A stretch of 64,000 nt of DNA from the NCBI GenBank assembly GCA_010093745.1, contig MU005991.1, positions 69,678 through 133,677 of the forward strand, given 5' to 3'. How positions within the stretch are numbered: position 1 is the first letter of the stretch; each line of letters begins with the position of its first letter. Shown here in pieces: positions 26,701 through 37,731 of this stretch. The translations under genes and the position numbers were made by a program. The notes under the pieces were generated by a model, which was not told the DNA's origin, ran no database searches, and saw only the letters and a list, made by a program, of their open reading frames with translations. This stretch comes from Piedraia hortae CBS 480.64 (taxonomy: Eukaryota).

Positions 26701-28343
26701 CAATACCATCTTAGGTCATTTTCGATGGTACTCGATTGCCAGTCTTCAAGCCTCTCGTACCGGAGATGCTTGGGCTCCAATTGGCCGAGCGTGCCCCAGA
26801 TCTCATTGTCCGTCCGACTCGTTACGAATACTCTCAGGTTCATAGAGGTATGAGAACTAAGCTTTGGCCAGAGTTTCATGGCTTGCCCTATTGCTCGTCT
26901 GGCGTCGCACTCATCGAGTGCATCGATGACAATCACCCTGACATCAATTGCTGAGCCCGTGCTATACCCTGAAAGCGGCCCCTCGATGAGCATCTCGAAC
27001 TGCTTTTCCAAGGCCTTTGAAATTTCATCAGGAGGAGAGTTGCGAGAGGCGTCAGCGACAAAATCGCTGACGCTAGGTATGAAATAAGCCATTTGATGGG
27101 CAATGGTGGGAAACAGATATTGAGCTTTGCTCAGTTTGCTGTCGCCGCCGCGCTTAAAAAAGAAGCTGCCCACCAAATACCCCTGTTTCGACAATTCATG
27201 GGCAACGGTTCGAGCAATTGTGGATTTACCCGTCCCAGCTTTCCCGGATAGCCAGAATACCCTTTGCTCATCGTCGGTGGTGGCCCAATCTTGTATGGTC
27301 TCTATGATATTGACTCGGGTACCGTCTAAACACAACTGAAAGTCGCCATCCTGGTTGTCACCACTGTAGTCCATCGAATCGTAAGCTGCTCCAGCAGCTG
27401 CCTGTAGAGAATTAAGATTTAGCGTTTGTTGAACGCCCTTGACTCTCTCGTTGACTTCTTCCTGAGCCTTCTTCAACGCCTTAAGCTGCTCCTTGACCCA
27501 AGCCTGCTGCTTTTTCGACACCTCATCATTTACAGCTTGACGATGGATTTCAACAGTTTCCAGCATCCTGTCGTGTTCAGTCTTGAACTCTGGTATAACT
27601 TGACCAGTCAGAGAGTGTATCATCCGCTCAAACTTGCTCATGTCGCATGTGTGCAGAGCGTGCGCCACGAACGTCAGATTGAGGCCGTAGAGCTTGACGA
27701 TATTGGCATACAAATGGCCAGTTGCGGGCGTTGCATCAAGCTGGCCGTATATGTCAAAATACACGTTCAACAGGTGGCCTGTATCTAGCATCGTTTCGAT
27801 TCCTTTCAGGATCGATTCACTCTGCTCGTGAGCCTTCTGAGCTAGCTAGGGAAACGGTGTTACTCAGTGTCATACTTAGACAGAAGTACTGCTTACCATT
27901 AAGAGAGAGCGGATGCCGGCCCACGGCAGGCTAAGAACCTCTGATTTGGCATTCGTCGCAACGTTAACTACTGGCGCAAATTGCAGGATTTGACAGGCAA
28001 TCTTTCTCATGCTGGCAATCCATTGATTGGACTTTCTAGTCTGATTTTGACTTCGCAAGGCAAGCACTTCAGCTGCGTCTCTCTCGAGGTCACTGTTTGA
28101 ACCAAGCTGCTTCTCGACAAACTTGCGATCTTCGGTGGCAAGATCATCAAGGGCATCAATGATTAACTTGTTCTTGTTTCGAAAGGGGTTGTTTGGAGCT
28201 GGCCCGGCAGCTAAAGCATGGACGGGCGATTTGTTTGGTTGCGTGGGCTGTGCTGTGGACGCTGAGGCTTGTGAAGCGGATGGGGGCGTGTTCGGGGGTT
28301 TAGGCTTCCCCTTCGACTTCCAGCGCTTCGGCCCTACTGGCAT
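23705..28343 (-). CDS. Fungal NLR-like STAND protein: N-terminal helical domain, NACHT, WD40 repeats; exons 28343-27897, 27845-25839, 25786-23705
   Basis: CLDGTRV, Walker A WLSGKAGTGKST, Walker B VIVIDALDEC, HESFRDFL, YACRYWASH, GH..SPDG..SAS.D.T.RIW repeats; both introns canonical and frame-preserving. Confidence 0.93.
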
Positions 28344-28653
28344 GCTGAGTACAATGAACGACGGTCAGGAAGGGGAACCTGGGACTGCCTGGCACGAGAG
28401 AGGTTGTTTCGAGGGCTTATCGAGTTCAAGGCTGAGGTCTTATGAGGCGGAGTAATAGTGGCGTGCATGCATGAATCAACCGATGACGTGGAAAGTGATT
28501 GGAGCGGATGCCGTTCGCCGCCGAGACTCGCACACAAGAGTACCCCGAATGGACTAACCAGGGCGACATGATATCAATCCCTGACCAAAAGCCCAATAGC
28601 TTCCAGGATTCTGGCCAGAGCTTGTGGTGGGATTCTCGCGAATGAAATCGTTG

Positions 28654-28924
28654 TGTAACGTGAGCGAGACACCTCCTACTCACCCCTGGATCAGATCGGC
28701 TTAACTGACATAAGTCGAGGTGGCCTAGAGAGGAGATTGCAGATTTGGGGTTGCTTTTAAGCGCGCACAGTTTTTGTCTGGTACTTTCTGGCGCGATAGG
28801 GTTTTCCATGCACGGTCCAAGGACTTCTAGGAACTCTATCTACCGTTCCTTTCCGAGAATACCGCGCTGTTTCAATGTACCACTCATAATAAGCGGAAGT
28901 TCTACGCGGTACACATACGTTACA
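28654..28924. mobile_element. Candidate solo LTR (271 bp)
   Basis: TGTAACGT...ACGTTACA 8-bp terminal inverted repeat; no TSD. Confidence 0.35.
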
Positions 28925-28975
28925 GTCCTTCACCTTAGTGTCTTCCAATGTTGGCCTTCTCCGTGATCACGAGGG

Positions 28976-29380
28976 ATCCCAAAAGCACGAGGTAATCACT
29001 CGCTCTCTTCGCTCTTCGTCCGAGCGATTCCATGCACGTGATGACTTTTCAGACCTTTAGTTTCCTTGGTGGAAGTCTGGCTGACATCGCTTTGGAGCTT
29101 CTTGCGTAGCTGGTCGCAGCAAATATCTATCTGATCCTCGTTCAAGCTATTACAATCAGCTTAGCCCAAACAGTAAGAGCAGATACTTACCCTTCATCCT
29201 CCAGTTTATCTCTCAATTCAAAAACCTTCAATTCCAGTTCCCTCGATCGTTCATGCTTTAGGATCTCCGCGTCCCGCTCTCCTTGCTCAATTTTCTCCAC
29301 CTCCTGACCCTGGGTCGCTGCTGGATGTTGACCGCCCGATCTAAGGCTCGATAAATTACGCTCACGCATCCGGACGTGAA
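28976..29380 (-). pseudogene. CWC21: Truncated, disrupted copy of splicing factor Cwc21
   Basis: EILKHERSRELELKVFELRDKLEDEG, intron, LKSHHVHGIARTKSEESE*LPRAFGI (TGA where Arg is expected); N-terminal TSGxVxRN frameshifted; sequence ends after AFGI. Confidence 0.8.
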
Positions 29381-30644
29381 CAAAAGGTGGGATGCCTGGA
29401 TCGCATCGGCGGACCTCACTGTCACCAGTTTCAAGGTGAGACTGACTGCTCTCAATTACGCTAGCTCAATAACATCAGGGTCGGCTCGAGCCACCTTGTG
29501 TCTTGTGATAAGTCGGTCGACCGTATCGTTCACGCCCCTTCGTTTACAGATTGTAGAACTTCTGCGGCAGGGAGCCGATGAAGCCTCGGAAGTCGACATG
29601 GCCAATGATATGCTTGGCGTTGGCGAATTGATGGGCAATTTCTGGGTGTGTGGGACACTCGGCAGCGTTGTAGCTGACACTGCGGTACTGGAACTGACAG
29701 TAGAGCTGGCGCGTAAGACGTGCCACACTCTTCTTTGGTCTGAGCGTTCCAACTCAGCGGTCAGCAAACGAGTTGTGTGTTGTTGAGAAGTATCAGTGTT
29801 ATACCTCAGCCTGATAACAAAGACTATACAAAGAAATTCCTGTATAGCAAAATGCTCAAAAGAGCATGATAAAGAGGACATTGAGGCAATAGAGTGATAT
29901 TTGAAACTGTCTGAACAAGGAAGCTACTTGTATATAAGCTCGCTGCTGAACAGCAGAAAAAAAACTTTGTAAAAACTCAATCTCCAGAACGACTAGGTTA
30001 CGCAACAACTATCTTTCAACATTGTGGCGGGTCAATTGGCTGAATGTCGCTTAACAGAGAAGTGGGAACCCAATGAACCTGATTTTCCATCGGGTGAGCT
30101 GCGCCACCTCGCTGTGGCTTACTATAGGTATCCTGGTAAGTGTATAGCCAATTTTGAGAAATTGTGTTGTGTCTGAAGTCTTGGCGTGTTGCACTTTGAC
30201 ATTCCTGCCTGAGGTTCTGAATATATTGCACGCATGAGCAGACTCTCCAGGGATCCTCAGCCATGTTGAAGCTTTTTCTCGCCCTTTTAGGAGGACCGTC
30301 TCATGGCAGGGCCCTTTCTCCGTTGGTTCTCCGCTCTACACATTTCTGTACGTGAAACAAACCGAGCTTCAAGCATCTCAAACCTCACCGTCAACCAAAC
30401 CCAGCAGACAGCTTTGCTGAAGATAATATCGCCAGCTAGCTAGACGTTTATTTCTTTTAAGGTGCATTGCGTTTATGTTGGCTCAAGCTGGGATTTGTGA
30501 GGTGGAGTGCGTGGTGAAAGAGAAACCACACTGGCGAATTTAAAGATTCAAGGGATGATAGGCTGTCAATGACTAACCACAACCCTCCAATTGGCATCCT
30601 CTCGGGCAGGTGAGACTGGAAGAAGAGGTTAACATGTAGCATGG

Positions 30645-31745
30645 TCATATCTGTCTACTCTCGTTCCCCTTACATTCCGGTCTCTGCTGCTCCCACTCGT
30701 CCCTCATAACAGCATAGATTGCACCAGCAAGCAGGACTAGCAGATCCAGACTCCAGACGAGGTTAATGGCGTAGAAAAAGTTGGCGTTACCTGACCCTGC
30801 ATACACCCACAAATGGTGAAAGGCTGGGCCAAGGAACATGCAATATAGCAGCGTCGCCAGAGCGGGGAAGGTGTACCTGTGCGCAGAGGAAACTATCGCA
30901 GTCAGTAGGATATAATGAGGATGGCTCAAACGCACGCTCAAAAACATGCCCGAGAAGGGTCAGCGAACAGAGCCAGGCACCTGTATCTGCGATGTTGGCA
31001 TAAGGTTGGATGACGGAAATGACGCCTAACATCAGTATGACTGCTGCTAGCGGCTGCTTCTTCAGTCTGATGGTCAAAGGCACGCTGTAGGACAACATGT
31101 GAAGCCAGAAGACTCCGAGGAAGAAGTTGCGAAATGCGTCGAACATTTCGATGAAAAGGCACCACCATAGCCCTGGGTTTGACGTCAGATCTGGCATCGT
31201 TAAGGGTGTAAGATGGACGGATTCGAGAAAGGTCCAAGAGGGGAGGAGCCAACGGGAGAGGAGGAGCAGGAACATGATGGTTTCTGTAACTAGACGGGCA
31301 AGTTTGGCTCCGAAGACGACCGCATCAGGTCTCCCCTTTGCTCGATCATAGCAGAGAAGTCCCACAGGATGCACGAGAAGCAGGGAATGCAGACTGATAT
31401 AGCTCGCCACGGCTAAGGAGAATGCTGCGCGATAGGGACGTGCTTCGCAAGCACTACTGACGGCATAAAGTGTGAAGGGGGTTGTAAAAACGGCAGTTGG
31501 TCGGGCGAGACAAGTCATCAACGTAAGAGGTTTGAAACGGTAAACGGCAGCGACTGAAATGGGGCTCCAGCTTCGACCTTTACGAGGAGATGTGTAAAGG
31601 CGGGAAGAGTAGGCCGCTCCAGATTTGGCAATATTGCAAAGACAGTGAGCAATCTCCAGATCCAGGGCAGCATACAGCAATAGACTCGTCCATGGCGATA
31701 GGAGAGAGAAAAGGGCTAAGAACAGTGGAGGATTGGGCGTCAGCA
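30645..31745 (-). pseudogene. GAB1: N-terminally truncated, diverged copy of GPI transamidase subunit PIG-U; intron 30935-30893
   Basis: PDLTSNPGLWWCLFIEMFDAF, HLWVYAGSGNANFFYA; conserved N-terminal STPVTSFKR segment absent; YLFNP changed to YRFKP. Confidence 0.75.
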
Positions 31746-31974
31746 GCGAACTCTCCGCTTTCGCGCGCGGGGAGATCGAACGACATATGGATGTTGAAGA
31801 TCTGATACATTTCTCCCTTAAACCCTGTGGCTTGGCTGATAGGGTAGAAACATTTCCGCTACTTACTCGCCACGGGACGGAGACAGTTTGATGAGATAAG
31901 AGGGTACGTCCACATGGGTGGTTGACCATCATTAAGTGTATAGTTAGGATAATGCACTATAATGTACAGATGGA

Positions 31975-33252
31975 TTAATGTAAATGAACAACTCTCGTCT
32001 TCCACTTTCCCATCCGCAGTACAAGAGTGTTGTCCTGAACAAACTGCGATGGCTGGTCTTCGCTGCCGATCGGAACAAATTTAACGGGCTCGACAGTCTG
32101 CTGCGTGACGTAGGCGCCTCCGCTAGCTATTAATCGTGAGGTCTCGGATTTTGAGGCTGCAAGTCCCGCGCGGTGGAGGATATGGGGAAAGGTCGATTCC
32201 AAAACTTTTGCAGGAAGTGATATTCCCTCTTGCTGTGTTAGTTTTGCTGGATTCTGCAGAGCTTCGTGTTCCTACCTCACTTTGAGAGCCGTTTCCGGCC
32301 CGTGAACGAGTTCTAGAACTTCCGAGGCAAGGAATTGCTGTGCTCTCCGCTTGGGAGGATCTGCTCTGTATTTTTCCATAACAGCAGAGATTTCGTCGAG
32401 GGGAAGGAAGGTGAAGAGCTTTATATATCTCTCCACGTCTTCATCTGACGTACCAACGAGGATTACACCGTTAGTCTCAACCACAGACAAAGATCCAAAT
32501 ACCCACTCCGTAAAGGTCAAACGGAGATGTCATCTCAGCGTCCAACCAGACCGCATTTCCCGCACTCTTCCCAAACTTATCTACACTCGCCGTTGTCAAT
32601 GGCGAGACCGTCAGGCCCATCAGTCTCTCCCCAGGTTCCCCCTCCCCAACAAGCGACGAAACCACATGCATCTCAGCAGTGATATTCCCATGCTGATCCC
32701 CACCCCCAACCTGCACCTGCACCCCTTGTCTCTCAAAGAGGTGCCACCAATCAATCGCCTGCAGCAAGGGATATGAGAACTCAGGTTACGACATCCCATC
32801 GCCCCTCTCCATCTTCATCTTCATCGTCTCTTTCCGCAACATGGCCCAATCCTCACGTTCTCCAACATGCGCATATACCGCATGACACCCAACTCTCCCA
32901 ACCAAGTCTCACTGTTCAACAGGCTCCTGCTTCCTCTTTCCGCATACACATATCTATCCGCATACTTCCCAACCCGCCTCCACGCCCAAAGTAGCACCAT
33001 AAACAGGAGTAAATGCCCAAGATGAAGTGAAGGCGCAGTAGGATCCACACCCGCGTAGAATCCTACTTTCCTCTGGAGGGTAGATGCCAGAATATTGCGA
33101 TTGCTAGAGGGTTAGTTCTGGAGAGGGATGGGAAGGAAGACGAATCCCACGAATTGATGGATTAGACCTCTTTCTGTCAGGAGGGCTAAGAGGTTGGTGG
33201 GAGAAATGGTTCGCGTTGAGAGGTAGCGTATGAGAGGTATTTAAAGGAGCAT
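31975..33252 (-). pseudogene. MSY1: Disrupted copy of mitochondrial tyrosyl-tRNA synthetase
   Basis: [54 protein letters not shown]4-like tail; TAA at codon 4, the GGATxxIGDPSG segment deleted, several frame breaks. Confidence 0.88.
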
Positions 33253-33260
33253 GAAGGTCG

Positions 33261-33810
33261 GTTTGTTTGTTTCTCATTTTACGTCTACGGATGGGTCATA
33301 GCTACTAATGAGCTTATGCCCGGACTCTAATGGACGCTAGACGGCGCGGGGTTGCACCCCGCGCAAGCCGATACCCCCACGCGCGGCCGACTCTTTCACT
33401 CTCAGTCCTCTACTTCGGTCCCCTCTGGCCGCACCTCTTCCACGTCAATTCTTCGGCCACTTGGGCCATCTTGGTTTCTGGTCAACTGCCTAGGGCAGAT
33501 GTCCTCGTAAAACCTGGATTGTGCTGTGTACTTAGAGGAACAGTTTAGCCCCGGCCGCAGTGCCTAGGATCTGATCCAATGCGGTGCCTGGCGAGCCATT
33601 GCGCAGCACGTTGCTGGCAGCTATACCTTTCGGGCAGAAATTAAAGTGTACTGGGATCTTGAGACTCCCGCAAGAGCAGTGGAGCTCTGCATTGTGGTGA
33701 TCGAACCTTTGATGGTACTCGGCGAGCATGAAGGTCGGTGCGGGTTTAGCCGGCCCTCTAGGGGCAGTTTGCACTGTCGTTAGCGTGGGATGGTTTGGGA
33801 CCAATCAAAG
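33261..33810 (-). mobile_element. 5'-truncated Tad1-clade LINE 3' end
   Basis: AEYHQRFDHHNAELHCSCGSLKIPVHFNFC Zn knuckle, GFYEDICPR terminus, 3' tail GAAACAAACAAAC. Confidence 0.8.
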
Positions 33811-34448
33811 ATGTCCTTGATAGAAACAGGGCTTGGGTGATATGACGTAAGGAAGAATGTGTTCGATATCGATAATTCATCTTGTAGAACGGAGTATACG
33901 ATATTGTTCAATGGGAGCGTTCGGTATACAGTTCGCTGATGCGCATTTAGATTTGTTTGCTCGCTGATGTGCTCGCGGTTGAGATTTTGGAGTGTGAAGG
34001 TATGACGTCATATCGCTCAGAATCTGGGTGCGGAAATACATGACGCGTACTTCCGTTAGCGTGAATGTTTCTGGACCAATCAGGACCTGAAATTCTATCG
34101 AACAAGGAGCAAGCGGGTGCTGCCATTAGACGATATGCTCAATGAGGGTATTATTCCTGAGCTGACTGCTCATTGTGGTTCGAAGAGATGGACAGATGGT
34201 AAACATCGGCTATGCACGGCATTGCCCCAAAAAGCCATTGATCACCTACATAGCTGAGGATCCTTCTGTACCAGCACAACATGTACACAGAGGAGGTCAG
34301 GATATTACTACAACCCATTTTCTGTGATTTCACATTGTACATTCGTACTAGAGCCATCCAACAGTCATTCGACGATACTCAACACATATACCTTCCAACC
34401 ACACCCTATCCATAACCCCAAAAACCCCTCCACCACACATATGACCCC

Positions 34449-35236
34449 TTAATCATACTGCCACGCAACCCCCAATCCATCCGCGGTAGCAGCATGCGCG
34501 TAGAAATCCACACAGCCAGCAGAGAAGCTCACCCCGGGCAGGGGAACAAAAACCTGCCACGCGCCTCCATCAACGGGACATGCCTTCCACGCGACACCAT
34601 TGGGACCCAACGCCGCACCACCCTTATAAACCGGCCCTCCGAGCCCCAAAACCGCGAGATCCGTCGTCGAGGCGGAATGGGCCTGAGTAAATGCCAAAGC
34701 CCCGTTTTTCTGAACATAGATTTCCTGGCCGCCGGGGACGACGACGTCGAGGGCGCCGGGGAAGAGAATTGTGCGGTTGGAGCTTGCGGCACAGATTCCG
34801 CCTGCGACGGAGGGGCAGTACACGCCTGCGGGACGGTTGATGTAAAAGTGTTGTCCCGAGGCTTCGATTGTTTTGCCATCGAGGTTGGAGGGGGAGTTGA
34901 TGGGGTGGTGCGCTACCAGGGTGAAGGCGTCGTTGAGGGGAGGAAGTTGGACGAGTTGATTGTTGGAGCAGCTGGGTGGGGGTTAACGGAGGATGGTAGG
35001 GAAGAGGGAGGGTGGTAGGACGGATGATGTACTCACCTGTATTGCTCAGGACTGTAACAGGCGGATCCGCATGGTTTAGTCGCTACGCCGGCTATGACGG
35101 GGCATAGGACCGGTTTGGACCCGGGATAGCACCGGTAGTTGTCTGGGTTGTAAGAGTATTTCTCACATTGCTTGACGGGTGCAGCAGCGGAGAGTGCGGT
35201 GAGGATGAGGAGGGTGAAAGTGTTGAACTGCATCAT
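34449..35236 (-). CDS. Secreted protein: Cys-rich CBM52-like module plus IgE-binding-protein-like domain; exons 35236-35037, 34971-34449
   Basis: Signal peptide; C..YNPDNYRC...LCP......CGSACYSPEQYSC; YCP, VPGGQEIYV..NGALAFTQAHSAS, AWQY; intron 35036-34972 joins in frame. Confidence 0.82.
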
Positions 35237-36054
35237 TGGAAGATGGAGAGGCGGAAAATCTGGGTTACATATGTGTCCATGGTTCTTCTCGTGTTCGTTA
35301 TAGATAGCATATGACGCACTGTGGTCGAACCTTTGCTACCCGTCACATTGAATCGGAAGTTGAGAGAGAAAAAACGCCGTGGTTAATTGTGGTGGCTTGT
35401 TACCCAATTTTAGACTTTGACTTTGAGGAGCTGCACCTATAGATGTCATGCCATGAATTCGCCATGGGGGGGAAAGGAACAAAACCACACAGAGCGAATT
35501 GATTCCACCGCTCCGACGCCTTCTGTACAACCCCCTTCAGGGAATCCGGCAGCTAAAAGGGAAAATAATCACGGAACCCACCCCTGGTGGAAATACGAGG
35601 CACCGTTACACTACCTTGCGATGAAAGATGTCAATAAGATTTTGGCCAAGTTGATTGGGTCGGGGAAAAAAGCACCGTACAATGATGGGAATGAACAGTA
35701 AGCATTGGCTAGGTCTCGCGCTTAATTGTTGTTTGGTACGATTCCTGTACAAAGCGCTGTGGTGCAATACGCTCGGGTACTGACCGCGTGACGAGACGTT
35801 TCTACGAGCGTCAAACGTATACGAGTCATCTGACCCAAATGGCTTTGTGGTAGCAAGATGCAAGCCTGAAGCTAAACACGGCGGTTGATGCAGGCCCCTG
35901 ATAAGTAGAACACATCTAGATCATTAGGAGATTTCCGAAGACACTGCGGGGAAGAGCCTGCACGCAGCGCGCTTAACCAAATTGGGACCTGCAACCTCAC
36001 CTCATCTTTCTACAATTTTAGTGCGAGCGAATCAATTGATATTGATGCCAAAAC

Positions 36055-36319
36055 TCTAGGACACTGGGAAACGATCTGCTATCAGGCCGTGAAAACGCTA
36101 GTGCACCTAACGGGAAAATGGCACATAGAAATAACCTCAACGGCCAAAAAGAGCACAAAATGATAATCCCCTTCTGGGGTTGCTGCCAGACCTATAAACT
36201 ACACACTCAAGCAAAGGGCACCTAACCCCCCCAAAGCTACTGCCCCAGGGAAACATCGCTCCACGGGACAAGCAAGGCTTCCTCAAAAGGGACCGTGCTG
36301 TCAGAAAAAAAAAACAGCT
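36055..36319 (+). repeat. Dispersed repeat, copy 1 (copy 2 at 47091-47342)
   Basis: TCTAGGACACTGGGAAACGATCTG...GTGCTGTC...CAGCT aligns with copy 2 at roughly 85% by eye. Confidence 0.9.
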
Positions 36320-37731
36320 CGGAGTGTTCTAATAAGCAACGGCACCTCACAGGTGTGTCAGTATATACGCGTATCTGGAGCTACAGAAGAAAATTTCTGA
36401 GCACTCGAACCCTGGTCAGGGATGTGGGTCATCACCTGCGGATCGCTCCGTGGCGACCTGCACAACACGGAGTACAGTTTTATAACTCCCGGTGTCATCA
36501 ATCATTTCAAACTACTGCCCAGATGTGATCCAAGCCTCCGGTGCAAAGCAAAAACCCTTCAAACTTCCAAAAGTCCTCACATCTCCAAGACGACGCTGTC
36601 CGGGGACGCACCTGCATGGACAAAAGCACTATGATCATTCCTAGCAAAGACCAAGTGACGCCAGATCGGACGCTCAGTGTACCTTCAACACAGAAGCACC
36701 GAGTCCTTCCAGCATACCACCTGCAGCTCCTCCAGCATACCTAGAAACCCCCGTGCAGCAATATCATTACCATCGTAGACAAGGTAGTCCAGACCAAGGT
36801 AGTTGGTCTGCCACTCATCTTTTCATGCCATTGTTCCATCATCCCGATCTGCAAACCGAGTCTCCTCCACGCCGTCCAGGTCAACCTGTTTCATCCCCTG
36901 AAACCGACCCGAGTGTGTCTTTTGAGGTAGTTCAACCCTGTAGTTTATAAAACTGAGCTGATCCAAGTAAACTAAGTATCGTAACTCAGCGTGGCCTTAG
37001 GATCCGAGCTCCACAAAAGGAAGATTCACCACAACTGGCCACGCCGTAAGCCTGGTGTTGCCTACAAGGACATCTCATCTACACACCAGGTAATACGCGC
37101 TCGTGCATACCTCTACGTCGCTGTGGCGCTCTACGCTGGCATTTTCGACGTGCCCAAAGTTGGTCCATTCTAAGTACAAGCCAACACAGATGTGAAACCC
37201 TCGTTGAATCGTAGAGTGAACAGATCGGGGCTCGCCTCGTTTAACTTCTCGAAAGAAAGGTTATACCCTCAGAGAAAAACGATGGACGTTCTCAGTCCCG
37301 CGAAGACGCTGGATGGTTTAGGAAGTTTACCGGTCCCGTCATGTTGGCGATTCTCCTCCCGCAATGTTATTCTTGAAACCTTCAGCATCCTGCCCATCTT
37401 GTACTGTACGGCACCTCTACGACTGTACTCGAGACTACGGCACTTTTCTTCGTCTACTTTCGCTAGCTAGACGACCGTTTGCGAATCGCACGCTGTCGCA
37501 GAATTTCTATAACCAAGGTTAGCAGTTCGTTCTCCACAACGTATGTAGCAGTGAGCTTACAGGATGCCTTGCCAACATCGTCATAACGCTATGGATAGTT
37601 ACCATATGATCCCATCAATGATTGGATTTGAGTTAAGCTCTACACTTCTTACGATGAATATGATGCCCATTATTATCATACACTACACAGACTCTATTAA
37701 CACATTTCGTTGTAACGATTCATTGCATCTC

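Noticed and set aside
29456..30330. Further genes between the CWC21 and GAB1 fragments
   Set aside because: Short frames with stops and no motif I can assign; may be more decayed fragments but unsupported
34870..34900. Apparent frameshift in the CBM52-like gene
   Set aside because: The run has five C on the coding strand and the frame reads INSPSNLDGK without a break
36060..36110. Hammerhead ribozyme or group I intron in the dispersed repeat
   Set aside because: Only CTGATA(A/G) on the minus strand; no CUGANGA plus GAAA core and no P/Q/R/S elements
17400..37600. Starship giant transposon
   Set aside because: No DUF3435 tyrosine-recombinase captain or flanking direct repeats are recognisable; kept only as an accessory island
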